Below, in pieces: positions 1 through 13,055 of a stretch of DNA of 64,000 bases. Source of the DNA: Somniosus microcephalus. Taxonomy: Eukaryota. The DNA is taken from NCBI GenBank assembly GCA_052327205.1, contig CM126211.1, positions 234,918,001 to 234,982,000 on the forward strand, given 5' to 3'. Both the position numbers and the translations under genes were made by a program. The first letter of the stretch is position 1, and every line of letters begins with the position of its first letter. Under the pieces are notes generated by a model. It was not told the DNA's origin and ran no database searches. It saw only the letters and a list, made by a program, of their open reading frames with translations.

Positions 1-550
1 GCCAGAAGGGTCCAGGTCCAGGTCCTGGCCTGTTGGCTGTCAGCTGAAGCAGTAACTGGGGCAGTTCTCCTATAGCTGACCTGCGCTCCCCTGGACGAGG
101 GAGGGGAAAGATCGGTTAGGATTGCTGTTCCTGATCGCTATTCAGTGACTCCCTGCTGGCAAACGCACATGTTTGCACAGTGAGGGCAAGGTTAGGTAGG
201 CTCAGCTGTGATGCACCCCATGCAGGAATATCCTGTGGACGCTTACTAGACTCGGACAGGAATAAAGGACAGCGGGGGGGCGGGGAGTCAAAATTGGGGA
301 CAGACTTGAAAAATGATTTGCCAAGAAAAATTACTCAGTGTGTTTAATCCCAGCAGAGAGTCGCTGGAAGTTACTGAGTCTTGTGTGGGCGAGTTGTCTC
401 CACCAGAAAGCATATTGCCTCTAGGTCGAGCCTCTGCTCTGAACTGTTAACTGATGTGTCTTTGTGGCCACTAAAAGCCTCTGCAGTAACCCTCCAGCCA
501 TCTCATTAGAGGCCGTGAGTCTTTGTATCGTCTCACAGGGCCTCAGTTAA

Positions 551-728
551 AGAAACATAGAAGATAGGAGCAGGAGTAGGCCATTCGGCCCCTCGAGCCT
601 GCGCCGCCATTTAATGCGATCATGGCTGATCATCCAAATTCAGTACCCTGTCCCTGCTTTCTCCCCATATCACTTGATCCCTTGATCCCTTTAGCCTTAA
701 GAAATATATCTAACTCCTTCTTGAATAT
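551..728 (-). mobile_element. CR1-type LINE 3' UTR fragment
   Basis: Reverse complement of the 3' terminus (...GGCCTACTCCTGCTCCTATCTTCTATGTTTCT) shared with the larger CR1 copies in the window. Confidence 0.8.
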
Positions 729-901
729 CCCAGCAATGAATAAAAAAAAAGAGCAACTGTCAGCAAGGACCAGGGACAGAGGGGAGTGGGAGCGACCATG
801 TAAATGGAGCCACTCGGTATCTGCTCTGAGTCGCAGCCTCCCTGAGGCTCCACCTCTCCGTGCAGAGCTGTGCCCCAAGGATAGGGAGGGAGTCTGATAC
901 A

Positions 902-905
<4 letters not shown>

Positions 906-946
<41 letters not shown>
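906..946. repeat. (CA)n microsatellite
   Basis: About 20 CA units seen directly. Confidence 0.97.
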
Positions 947-949
<3 letters not shown>

Positions 950-951
950 TT

Positions 952-1075
952 CTGTTAATCTCTTTAACCAGCAATGCTACCCCACCTCCGTTTCCTTTTT
1001 GCCTGTCCTTCCTGAATATTGAATACCCCCGGATGTTGAATTCCCAGCCTTGGTCACCCTGGAGCCATGTCTGCA
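952..1075 (-). mobile_element. CR1 ORF2 AP-endonuclease N-terminal fragment
   Basis: Translation TWLQGDQGWEFNIRGYSIFRKDRQKGNGGGVALLVKE matches the APE RxDR..GGGVA motif also at 47442. Confidence 0.75.
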
Positions 1076-1084
1076 TCATATCCG

Positions 1085-1957
1085 AAAGAAAGACTTGCAT
1101 TTATATAGCGTCTTTCACAACCACCGGACGTCCCAAAGTACTTTACAGCCAATGAAGTACTATTTTAAGTGTAGTCACTGTTGTAATGTGGGAAATGCAG
1201 CAGCCAATTTGCGCACAGCAAGCTCCCACGAACAGCAATGTGATAATGACCGGATAATCTGTTTGTTTATTATGTTGGTTGAGGGGATAAATATTGGCCA
1301 GGACACCGGGGATAACTTCCCTGCTCTTCCAAGAAATAGTGCCGTGGGATCTTTTACGTCCACCTGAGAGAGCAGACGGGGCCTCGGTTTAACGTCTCAT
1401 CTAAAAGACGACACCGCGGCGCTCCCTCGGCACTGCCCCTCCGACAGTGCGGCGCTGCCCCTCCGACAGTGCGGCGCTCCCTCGGCGCTGCCCCTCCGAC
1501 AGTGCGGCGCTCCCTCGGCGCTGCCCCTCCGACAGTGCGGCGCTCCCTCGGCGCTGCCCCTCCGACAGTGCGGCGCTCCCTCGGCGCTGCCCCTCCGACA
1601 GTGCGGCGCTCCCTCGGCGCTGCCCCTCCGACAGTGCGGCGCTCCCTCGGCGCTGCCCCTCCGACAGTGCGGCGCTCCCTCGGCGCTGCCCCTCCGACAG
1701 TGCGGCGCTCCCTCGGCGCTGCCCCTCCGACAGTGCGGCGCTCCCTCGGCGCTGCCCCTCCGACAGTGCGGCGCTCCCTCGGCGCTGCCCCTCCGACCGT
1801 GCGGCGCTCCCTCGGCGCTGCCCCTCCGACCGTGCGGCGCTCCCTCGGCGCTGCCCCTCCGACCGTGCGGCGCTCCCTCGGCGCTGCACTGGAGTGTCAG
1901 CCTAGCTTTATGTGCTCAAGTCCCTGGAGTGGGACTTGAACCCACAACCTTCTGACT
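1085..1957 (-). mobile_element. DeuSINE (SacSINE1-like) with internal 33-bp tandem expansion (about 14 units, 1414-1889)
   Basis: L2-like tail at left, Deu-domain motif (GATGAGACGTTAAACCGAGG...AAAAGATCCC on - strand), B-box GGTTCAAGTCC at right. Confidence 0.85.
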
Positions 1958-2557
1958 TATTACACTGACTACTACGGTTCTGATTACTTATTGAACACCT
2001 GAGAAGTACAAAACGTTTTGCAAGCAATGAGCTCCCTGGCTTTTTTATTGACTCTTGGATCTCGTGAATCTCAAAGCAGAAGTACCTTGGCACACCTCTC
2101 AAACAGTGTTACTTTGCTGTATTGTGTGGGGAATGTCCCATAAACAGCGACGAGATGAGTGACAAGTTAATCTGATTTGGTGGTTTTGGTTGAGGGAGCA
2201 ATGTTGGTTGGGAGACTGGGAGCACCCTTCCAATAGTGCCGTGGGATCCTGGAACCACTGGAGCAGGCGTGGCATTGGAAGGCCAGTGTCTTCAACGTTC
2301 TTCCAGTGCTGTACTCTCGGCTGAGTTTGTGTGCCCAGCCGCAAGCTTTCGAATCCGAGGGAAGCCCGCTCAGAGCTGAGCTGATGCCGTGGCTATCTTT
2401 GGATTTAATTTATTTTAAAAGTAATGGCAGACACAAACTCCTCCCTTATTTCACACGGTTTGAGTTCTTGTAGGTAGTTGGTTGAGGTTTCCAGGTCATC
2501 GTGTGTAGCGAGGCTGGGACTGTTTGGAGTCTAGCCTGTGGAGAAAGTGCAGATGTT

Positions 2558-2983
2558 GATTGAGTCGACTAGGCCTATATTCCCTCGTGTTTAGAAGAAT
2601 GAGCGGTGATCTCATTGAAACATAAGATTCTGTTGACAGGGTAGATGCTGAGAGGCTGTTTCCCCCTGGCTGGAGAGTCTAGAACCAGGGGTCACAGTCT
2701 CAGGATAAGGGGTCGGCCATTTAGGACTGAGATGAGGAGGAATTTCTTCACTCAGAGGGCGGTGAATCTTTGGAATTCTCTCCCCCAGAGGGCTGTGGAG
2801 GCTCAGTCGTTGAGTATATTCAAGACCGAGATCGATAGATTTTTGGACTCTAGGGGAATCGAGGGATATGGAGATCGGGCGGGAAAGTGGAGTTGAGGTC
2901 GATGATCAACCATGATCTTATTGAATGGCGGAGCAGGCTCGAGGGGCCGAATGGCCGACTCCTGCTCCTAATTCTTATGTTCT
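2558..2983 (+). mobile_element. CR1 3' fragment
   Basis: FPLAGESRTRGHSLRIRGRPFRTEMRRNFFTQR ORF2 C-terminus plus 3' UTR ending TTCTTATGTTCT. Confidence 0.88.
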
Positions 2984-3463
2984 CACATAATTGTGACTTA
3001 ATTCAGTCGAACGAAAATTAACCTTTTTCTTAGAGTTCATCTGCAGCAGAGTTGTCTTTAATGCTTTATTTCTTTCTGGTTTTATTTGTATGGCTTCCCC
3101 TTTTTGAGGGTTTGTTTGAGTGGAGAGAGCAATTGTGGCTGGGCACCACTTTCAGGTGCGCCTGAAGGAAGGGCGTGGAACCAAACCTGGCAAAACTTGG
3201 CAAAATTATGAGATTGCAGGAAATTGTGCCAGTCTGTCAGGCTTTAGATGGAAAAAGGAAGAATCTTATTGGCGAGCAGCAAAATCCAGGTCAGGTCTTG
3301 TGGCTCGGGGTGAACACCAGCAACTATGCGACCCAGCTGCAGGATCTGGTTATCCCGGCCGGTGCTTTTGGTACATAGACAGATAATTCATGGTTTTGCA
3401 GACTTTGCCAATCAGCAGGAATTCCCCTGATGTCACCTCTCCAAGCAGCATGGCTGCACCCAT

Positions 3464-3986
3464 GTTCATTCTCGGGATGTGGGCATCGCTGGCCACGCAA
3501 GCGCCAGGAAATGACTATCTCCAACAAGCGAGAGTCTAACTACCACCCCTTGACATTCAACGGGATTACCATCGCTGAATCCCCCACCATCAACATCCTG
3601 GGGGGGGTCACCATTGATCAGAAACTGAACTGGACCAGCCATATAAATACTGTGGCTACAAGAGCAGGTCAGAGGCTGGGAATTCTGCGGCGAGTGTCTC
3701 ACCTCCTGACTCCCCAAAGGCTTTCCACCATCTACAAGGCACAAGTCAGGAGTGTGATGGAATACTCTCCACTTGCCTGGATGAGTGCAGCTCCAACAAC
3801 ACTCAAGAAGCTCGACACCATCCAGGACCAAGCAGCCCGCTTGATTGACACCCCATCCACCACCTTAAACATTCACTCCCTCCACCACCGGCGCACCGTG
3901 GCTGCAGTGTGTACCATCTACAAGATGCACTGCAGCAGCTCGCCAAGGCTTCTTTGGCAGCACCTCCCAAACCCGCGACCTCTACT
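3464..3986. mobile_element. Fragment of a second CR1/L2-group LINE family with an inverted 3' tail
   Basis: + strand RT C-terminus (MTISNKRESN...VMEYSPLAW) homologous to the - strand copy at 41577-42191; 3464-3497 is that family's 3' tail in the opposite orientation. Confidence 0.75.
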
Positions 3987-4861
3987 TTGGAGGACTACCT
4001 CCAGTTCGCTCCCAGGGACCTGTCTTCAACCTCCAGGTTCAGCTTGCAACTCTGTGCGGCTCGGCCTTCGGGCTAGGTAAGTCATCATTCCCCAGTTGCC
4101 CGTGACCAAATAATTGCATTTGACTCATTTCCCCTCCTCTCCAAGTCGCCCGCACTGGTCTTGGGTGGCTGAAAGTATGTTGCAATGTTGGAAGTGACTT
4201 GACATCAGTGGTTGGATAATATGAGCCACCGTCAACCTTGTAAAATCCTATTTTAAAATTTGAGTTTGGTTTTAGTCTCGCTGCTGCCTCCGTCAGTGGT
4301 GAATATTTCTTTGGGGAGGTGTGGCTTTTAGACGAGGTTTTTATTTTGCAAAATTGTCACAAGGGCCAGGTTGTGGTAGCTTGCTTGAAGTGTCCCATTA
4401 CAGAGATCTAACCCTGCTACATACCGTACCACTGTGGGAGCGCCAGTAATGCAAAGACTGCAACCTTTAAAGAGAAGACCCACCACCACCTTCTCAAGGC
4501 AGCGCGGGATGGCAATAAATGCCAGGCTTGCCAGCAGCGCCCATATCCCCAGCACAAATATGACAAACCTGCTACACACGCACCTCTGTTACACGGGTGT
4601 GTTTCAATGTGAGGTGCCCTCAGATCGTAGCCTTCAATGGCTTCCTCCACCACCAGTGTCAGACCTGGAACCACCGGTACCTCAGTCTCATTATTCAGCT
4701 GAAAATCTCCTCTCCAGACAGTGCCCGGTTTGGAAGAACAGAACCGAGAATTGTAATGTTGGGTGTTCGTCACACTTTACCTCTCCGCCTCTCTCTCCCC
4801 CTTTCAGACACTCTTTAAAACCTCCCTCTTTCACCAAGCTTTGTGAGGAGAACACAGAGTC

Positions 4862-5250
4862 TCATAATCATAATCATAATCAACTTTTATTGTCATTGTT
4901 AGTGCACAAGTGCAGTACAACGAAATGTAGGCTTGCGGCTCCCGAGAGTGTACATTTAGATTAAGACATTTAACCATTCAACATTCATTTGGCTTGTAAT
5001 ACATTAACATAAACATAACCATAATAAAGTGCATTGGCAGATGTGCAGGCTTTAGAGTTTATTTGTGGAGTTCAGTAGGATGACAGCCGCTGGGAAAGAA
5101 GCTGTTCCTAAATCTGGTCGTTCGGGTGCGAATGCATCTGTAGCGTCTCCCAGATGGCAGGAGGGCGAACAGACTGTGGCTGGGGTGGGTAAGGGTCTTT
5201 GATGATGGACCGTGACCTCCGTAAACAGCGTTTCTGGTATATGTGCTCTA
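4862..5250 (-). mobile_element. Rex1/Babar-like LINE 3' fragment
   Basis: Frameshifted - strand translation IIKDP.HPSHSLFALLPSGRRYRCIRTRTTRFRNSFFP, then AATAAA and an (ATTATG)n tail. Confidence 0.7.
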
Positions 5251-5254
5251 TGGT

Positions 5255-6120
5255 CTGCAAAGGGATATAGATAGACTGAGTGAGTGGGCAGTAAGGTGGC
5301 AGGTGGAGTATAATGTGGGGAAATGTGAGGTTATTCGACTTTGGTAGGAAGAATCGAAAACAGAATATTTTTAAATGGTGAGAAACTTTTAAATGTTGGT
5401 GTTCAGAGAGATTTGGGTGTCCTCGTGCAAGAAACACAGATAGCGAGCATGCAGGTACAGCAAGCAATAAGGCGAAGGCAAATGGCATGTTGGCCTTTAT
5501 TGCAAGGCGGGTTGGAGTATAAGAGTGAGGAAGTCTTGCTCCTCAATTGTACAGGCCTTGGTGAGACCACACCTGGAGTACTGGGCACAGTTCTGGTCAC
5601 CTTATCTAAGGAAGGATATACTTGCCTCGGTGCAACGAAGGTTCACCTAGATTGATTCCTGGGATGAGAGGGCTGTCCTATGAGGAGAGATTGTGTAGAA
5701 TGGGCCGATACTCTGGAGTTTAGAAGAATGAGAGGTGATCTCATTGAAACATACAAGATTCTGAGGGGGATTGACAGGGTAGATGCTGAGAGGTTGTTTC
5801 CCCCTGGCTGGAGAGTCTAGAACCAGGGGTCACAGTCTCAGGATAAGGGGTCGGTCATTTAAGACTGAGATGAGGAATTTCTTCACTCAGAGGGTGGTGA
5901 ATCTTTGGAATTCTCTGCCTCAGAGGGCTGTGGAGGCTCAGTCGTTGAGTATATTCAAGGCTGAGATCGATGGATTTTTGGACTCTCGGGGAATCGAGGG
6001 ATATGGAGATCGGGCGGGAAAGTGGAGTTGAGGTCGATGATCAGCCAGGATCTTATTGAATAGCGGAGCAGGCTCGAGGGGCCGAACGGCCGACTCCTGC
6101 TCCTATTGCTTATGTTCTTA
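5255..6120 (+). mobile_element. CR1 3' portion, degenerate; with the Rex1 piece it splits an L2 3' end (4780-4845 / 6121-6250)
   Basis: VQRDLGVLV and C-terminal RTRGHSL motifs; L2 tail resumes at AGCTTTTG after the CR1 tail. Confidence 0.85.
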
Positions 6121-6914
6121 AGCTTTTGATCATCTGTCGTAATATCTCTTTATGTGGCTCTGTGTCAAATTGTGTTTGATTACGCTCCTGTGAAGCACCA
6201 TGGGACATTTTATTATGTTAAAGGCGCTGTATAAATGCATGTTGTTGTTTAATTGAACGCAGTATGAACGTTCCACATGCCCATTATTGAGCTGGTGAAA
6301 TCCTTCAGGTCTGTAAACCTAAAGGCAATGTTGCTGCACGGCTCACTGTGTGAGGCAGCACGCAGTGGGCGTTCCTGGTAGTGTTGCAGGTGACACGGGA
6401 GGCTCACGATCTGACTGCAGCCACCAGGCGAAAGTTTTGCACACCCTCCCTGCATTGTACTTTACAGAAATCCTGGAGACAACACTGTGGACAGGCCTTC
6501 ATTACAAGGCTAAGTAATGCAACCGCAGAGCTTTTGAAGCCTCTTAGCTTGGTCCCTGGCCCAACTCTTTCATTCTGTACTGCTGCGTAGCCTGCAGTGT
6601 TGTGCGTATCTGGTTCTAATACATCAAACACTGAGTAGCCAGGGATTAGGATGTGTAATGTCACCCTGCCCTTTACGTTCTTAGTTCAGAAATGTTTGGT
6701 ACAGGAGAGGAAAGAATTAGCCCAGATGCTTTTTCAAACCTGGCGGGGCTGACGTCTGTAGAGGCTCGGGTATCGAGTCCGAGGGTATCTTAATGGGTTT
6801 GGAGGTAGAGGAAATCTGTGCAGGGTGAAACGGTCTCTCCACAACCCATTGTTGCGTGCGTGCTCCCCAGTGATGGGTGTTAAATCCTGCGCGCGTGCGG
6901 CCTTTTGGGTTTAG

Positions 6915-7367
<453 letters not shown>

Positions 7368-7371
7368 TAAG

Positions 7372-8579
7372 GAAACATAGAAACATAGAAGATAGGAGCA
7401 GGAGTCGGCCATTCGGCCCTTCTAGCCTGCTCCGCCATTCAATGAGATCATGGCTGGTCATCCAAATTCAGTACCCTGTCCCTGCTTTCTCCCCATATCC
7501 CTTGATCCCTTTAGCCTTAAGAAATATATCCAACTCTTTCTTGAATATATTTAATGAATTGGCCTCCACTGCCCTCTGTGGCAGAGAATTCCACAGGTTC
7601 ACCACTCTCTGGGTGAAGTAATTCCTCCTCATCTCAGTCCTAAATGGCTTACCCCTTATCCTTAGACTGTGGCCCCTGGTTCTGGACTCGCCCGCCATCG
7701 GGAACATCCTTCCTGCATCTAGTCTGTCTAGTCCTGTTAGAATTTTATAAGTTTCAATGAGATCCCCTCTCATTCTTCTAAACTCTAGCGAATATAAGCT
7801 TATTAACCCAATCTCTCTTCATATGTCACTCCCGCCATCCCAGGTATCAGTGTGGTGAATCTTCGCTGAACTCCCTCCATGGCAAGAACATCCTTCCTCA
7901 GATAAGGCAACCAAAACTGCACACAATACTCAAGGTGCGGTCTCACCAAGGCCCTGTACAACTGCAGCAAGACATCCTTGCTCCTGTACTCGAATCCTCT
8001 CGCTATGAAGGCCAACATCCCATTTGCCTTCTTAACCGCCTGCTGCACCTGCATGCTTACCTTCAGCAACTGGTGCACAAGGACACCCAGGTCTCGTTGC
8101 ACTTCCCCTTCTCCCAATCTATTGGCGTTCAGATAATAATCTGCCTTCCTGTTTTTGCCACCAAAGTGGATAGCCTCGCATTTATCCACATTATACTGCA
8201 CCTGCCATGCATCTGCCCAATCACCCAACCTGTTCAAATCGTACTGGAGTTTCTCGGCATCCTCCTCACAGCACACACGACCACCCAGCTTTGTGTCATC
8301 TGCAGACTTGGAGATATTACATCTAGTTCCCTCGTCCAGATCATTTATATATATTGTGAATAGCTGGGGTCCTAGGACCGATCCCTGCGGTACCCCACTA
8401 GTCACTGCCTGCCACTCGGAAAAAGACCCGTTTATTCCAACTCTTTGCTTTCTGTCCGCCAACCAGTTCTCTATCCAAGTCAGTACCTTGCCCCCAATCC
8501 CATGTGCCTTAACTTTACACGCTAATCTCTTATGCGGGACCTTATCGAAAGCCTTTTGAAAGTCCAAATACACCACAAT
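7372..8579 (-). mobile_element. 5'-truncated CR1 LINE (RT domain to 3' end)
   Basis: YLDFQKAFDKVPH, GVPQGSVLGP, xADD motifs; 3' UTR and (TTCTATGT)n tail at 7372-7390. Confidence 0.93.
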
Positions 8580-8580
8580 C

Positions 8581-9920
8581 AGGGATGGTGGGGGTGTGGA
8601 CCTTGTTTTGGGGGGGGGGGGGGGATGGTGGGGGTGTGGACCTTGTTTTGGGGGGGGGGGATGGTGGGGGTGTGGACCCTGTTTCGGGGGGGGGGGGAAT
8701 GGGGGGGGTGTGGACCCTGTTTTTGGGGGGGAGATAGTGGGGGTGTGGACCCTGTTTTGGGGGGGGGGATGGTGGGGATGTGGACCCTGTTTTGGGGGGG
8801 GGGGTGGTGGGGATGTGGACCCTGTTTTGGGGGGGGGGATGGGGGGGTGTGCACCCTGTTTTGGGGGGGGGGATGGGGGGGTGTGCACCCTGTTTTTGGG
8901 GGGGGGATGGTGTGGATGTGGACCCTGTTTTTGGGGGGGGGGGGGTGGTGGGGATGTGGACCCTGTTTTGGATGGTGTGGATGTGGACCCTGTTTTTTTT
9001 TGGGGGGGGGGAGGATGGGGGGGCTGTGGACACTGTTTTGATGGGGGGGGATGTGGACCCTGTTTTTGGGTGGGGGGGTGTGGACCCTGTGATGGGATGG
9101 GGGGGGTGGACCCTGTTTTGGGGNNNNNNNNNNNNNNNNNNNNNNNNNNNNNNNNNNNNNNNNNNNNNNNNNNNNNNNNNNNNNNNNNNNNNNNNNNNNN
9201 NNNNNNNNNNNNNNNNNNNNNNNNNNNNNNNNNNNNNNNNNNNNNNNNNNNNNNNNGGGGGGGTGTGGACCCTGTTTTTGGGGGGGTGGATGGGGGGGGG
9301 TGTGGACCCTGATTTGGGGGGCGGTGGTGGGGATGTGGACCCTGTTTTGGGGGGGGGGGGGTGGTGGGGATGTGGACCCTGTTTTTGGGGGGGGGGTGGT
9401 GGGGGTGTGGACCCTGTTTTGGTGGGGGGGGGGTGTGGACACTGTTTTTGCGGGGGGGGGTGGTGGTGGGGGGTGTGGACCTTGTTTCAGGTGGTGGGGG
9501 TGTGGACCCTGTTTTGGGGGGGGAGGTGGGGGTGTGGACCCTGTTTTTGGGGGGGGGTGGACCCTGTTTTTTGGGGGGGGGTGGGGATGTGGACCCTGTT
9601 TTTGGGGGGGGGGGTGGACCCTGTTTTGGGGGGGGGTGGGGGTGTGGACCCTGTTGTGGGGGGTGGGGGTGTGGACTCTGTTTTGGGGGGGGGGGTGGGT
9701 GGGGGTGTGGACCCTGTTTTGGGGGGTGGGTGGGGGGGTGGACCCTGTTTTTTGGGGGGGGGAGGTGGGGGTGTGGACCCTGTTTTTGGGGGGGGGGTGG
9801 ACCCTGTTTTTGGGGGTGGGTGGGGGTGTGGACCCTGTTTTGGGGGGGGGTGGGTGGGGGTGTGGACCCTGTTTTGGGGGGGTGGGGGGTGGTGGACCTT
9901 GTTTGGCAGTGGGGGTGGGG
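8581..9920. repeat. G-rich degenerate minisatellite (core GTGGACCCTGTTTT between G-runs), interrupted by a gap
   Basis: About 30-37 bp period with variable G-run length, seen directly. Confidence 0.92.
9124..9256. other. Assembly gap (133 N)
   Basis: Run of n. Confidence 0.99.
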
Positions 9921-10200
9921 TCTCCGAGTAGAAGGGAAACTTTCTTGCCATCACCCCTGTGTAGACCAGAAGCGAGTGCCAGGATTGTCGGTGCCAGGAG
10001 GCCGTCGGCATTTCATTCATCACTTATTACAGGATCTCCATGTAAACTGTCTGTGCAGCAAAGACCCAAATGAAATCTTGCGTGTTCTGTCCAAAAACCT
10101 GAAAACTGGATTAAGCGTCTGGGAATGTGCCGTGAATTCTGTGTTGTCACAGCGATGGCAACACACTGAAATATTAACAAGGTGCTTGAAATAAAATTAC

Positions 10201-11990
10201 AAAGGGATTTGAGTATAAGATTAAAGATATCTTGCTGCAATTATATAGGGCCCTGGTGAGACCACACCTGGAGTATTGTGGACAGTTTTGGTCTCCTTAC
10301 CTAAGGAAGGATATACTTGCCATAGAGGGAGTGCAGCGAAGGCTCACCAGACTGGTTCCTGGGATGGGGGGATTGTCCTATGAGGAGAGATTGAGTAGAC
10401 TAGGCCTATATTCTCTGGAGTTTAGAAGAATGATTCATTAAAAGAAAGACTTGTATTTATAGTGTCTTTCGAGACCAGCGGATGTCCCAAAGTGCTTTGC
10501 AGTCAATGAAGTACTATTTGAAGTGTAGTCACTGTTGTAATGCACTGTTGTAGTGTACGCACACTCGGAGGTCGAACTCCAAACCATCGTCAACACCTTC
10601 ACCGAAGCGTACGAGAGCATAGGCCTTACACTAAACATCCGTAAGACAAAGGTCCTCCACCAACCTGCCCCTGCCACACAGTACTGCCCCCCGATTATCA
10701 AAATCCACGACAAGGCCTTCGACAATGTGGACCACTTTCCATACCTTGGGAGCCTACTGTCAACAAGGGCAGATGTCGATGACGCAGTCCAACACTGCCT
10801 TCAGTGTGCCAGTGCAGCCTTCGGTCACCTGAGGAAGAATGTTTGAAGACCAGGACCTCAAACCCGGCACCAAGCTCATGGTCTACAGAGCAGCAGTGAT
10901 ACCTGCCCTGCTGTATGCCTCAGAGACATGGACCATGCACAGCAGGCACCTCAAAGCACTGGAGAGGTACCACCAACGCTGCCTCCGCAAGATCCTGCTA
11001 ATCCATTGGTAGGATAGGTGCACCAACGTCAGTGTTCTTGCTCAGGCCAACATCCCCAGCATCGAAGCTTTGACCACACGCAATCAGCTCTGATGGACGG
11101 GCCACATTGTCCACATGCCCGATACGAGACTCCCAAAGCAAGCGCTCTACTCGGAGCTCTGGCACGGCAAGAGAGCCCCAGGTGGGCAGAGGAAACGCTT
11201 CAAGGACACCCTCAAAGCCTCCTTGAAAAAGTGTAACATCCCCACTGACACCTGGGAATCCCTGGCCCAAGACCGCACAAAGTGGAGGAGAAGCATCCGG
11301 GAAGGCGTCGAACACCTCGAGTCTCTTCGCCGGGAGCAAGCGGAAGCCAGGCGCAAACAGCGGAAGGAGCGCATGTCAACCCAAGCACCCCATCCACCCG
11401 CCCCCTTCAACCACCGTCTGCCCCACCTGTGACAGAGACTGTAGGTCCCGCATTGGACTCATCAGTCACCTGAGAACTCATTTTTAATGTGGAAGCAAGT
11501 CATCCTCGGTTCCGAGGGACTGCCTGAGAAGTAGTCACTGTTGTAATGTAGGAAACACGTCAGCCAATTTACGCACAGCAAGCTCCCACAAACAGCAATG
11601 TGATAGTGAACTGGTAATCTGTTTTTAAAAAAAACATAAAATTTTTAAGGGGCTTGACAAGTTGATGCTGGGAGGATGTTTCCCTTGGCTGGGGAGTCTA
11701 GAACCAGGGGTCACAGTCTCGGGATAAGGCGTTTCCATTTACGACTGAGATGAGGAGAAATTTCATCACTGACGGTTGTGAATCTTTGGAATTCTCTACC
11801 CCAGAGGGCTGTGGATGCTCAGTCGTTGAGTATTTTCAAGACAAAGATCGATAGATTTTGGGATACGAAGGGAACCAAGAGATATGGGGATGGTGCAGGA
11901 AAGTGGAGTTGAGGTAGAAGATCAGCCATGATCTTATTGAATGGCGGAGCAGGCTCGAATGGCCGACTTCTGCTCCTATTTCTTGTGTTC
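10201..11990 (+). mobile_element. CR1 3' fragment (10201-10432 and 11630-11990) interrupted by a - strand DeuSINE tail and an RTE
   Basis: LQLYRALVRPHLEYC...LEFRRM continues after the insert as AAACATAAAATTTTTAAGGGGCTTGAC. Confidence 0.82.
10543..11530 (+). mobile_element. RTE-clade LINE, 5'-truncated, with 18-bp TSD
   Basis: GLTLNIRKTKVLHQ, MPDTRLPKQALYSEL..GKR.PGGQRKRFKDTLK and C-terminal CPTC...HLRTH motifs; GTAGTCACTGTTGTAATG duplicated at 10525-10542 and 11531-11548. Confidence 0.88.
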
Positions 11991-12039
11991 CGAAAACCAG
12001 GTCCATCTGCATCTTCAAAGAGAAAATAGCAGAACAGCT

Positions 12040-12357
12040 GCGCTCAGTTGGTAACGCTCCCGTCTGTAGGTTGGAAGGCCGTGGGTTCAGGCCCTGTTCC
12101 AGTGACTTGAGCACAAAATCCAGGCTGACATTTGTGCAGTACTGAGGGAGCGCCGCACTGTCGGAGGGGCAGTACTGAGGGAGCGCCGCACTGTCGGAGG
12201 GGCAGTACTGAGGGAGTGCCGCACTGTCGGAGAGGCAGTACTGAGGGAGTGCCGCACTGTCGGAGAGGCAGTACTGAGGGAGCGCCGCACTGTCGGAGAG
12301 GCAGTACTGAGGGAGTGCTGCACTGTCGGAGGGGCAGTACTGAGGGAGCGCCGCACT
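12040..12357 (+). mobile_element. DeuSINE head plus 33-bp array running into the gap
   Basis: A/B-box-like head followed by at least 6 units. Confidence 0.82.
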
Positions 12358-12857
12358 NNNNNNNNNNNNNNNNNNNNNNNNNNNNNNNNNNNNNNNNNNN
12401 NNNNNNNNNNNNNNNNNNNNNNNNNNNNNNNNNNNNNNNNNNNNNNNNNNNNNNNNNNNNNNNNNNNNNNNNNNNNNNNNNNNNNNNNNNNNNNNNNNNN
12501 NNNNNNNNNNNNNNNNNNNNNNNNNNNNNNNNNNNNNNNNNNNNNNNNNNNNNNNNNNNNNNNNNNNNNNNNNNNNNNNNNNNNNNNNNNNNNNNNNNNN
12601 NNNNNNNNNNNNNNNNNNNNNNNNNNNNNNNNNNNNNNNNNNNNNNNNNNNNNNNNNNNNNNNNNNNNNNNNNNNNNNNNNNNNNNNNNNNNNNNNNNNN
12701 NNNNNNNNNNNNNNNNNNNNNNNNNNNNNNNNNNNNNNNNNNNNNNNNNNNNNNNNNNNNNNNNNNNNNNNNNNNNNNNNNNNNNNNNNNNNNNNNNNNN
12801 NNNNNNNNNNNNNNNNNNNNNNNNNNNNNNNNNNNNNNNNNNNNNNNNNNNNNNNNN
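12358..12857. other. Assembly gap (500 N)
   Basis: Run of n. Confidence 0.99.
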
Positions 12858-13055
12858 AGGGGGGGCGGGGGAGAGAAGGGAAGGGGGGGCGGGGGAGAGA
12901 AGGGAAGGGGGGGCGGGGGAGAGAAGGGAAGGGGGGCGGGGGAGAGAAGGGAAGGGGGGCGGGGGAGAGGGGAAGGGGGCGGGGGAGAAGGGAAGGGGGA
13001 CGGGGGAGAGAAGGGAGGGGGGTGCGGGGGGAGAGAAGGGAAGGGGGGGCGGGGG
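12858..13055. repeat. Purine-rich repeat of about 23-24 bp (GGGGGGCGGGGGAGAGAAGGGAA)
   Basis: Seen directly. Confidence 0.85.

Noticed and set aside
1-230. Probable old SINE-like sequence (also about 7240-7300 and 31080-31215)
   Set aside because: Too degenerate to delimit or assign without a library search
8532-10194. Gly/Trp- or Pro/His-rich ORFs
   Set aside because: Translations of the G-run minisatellite spanning an N gap
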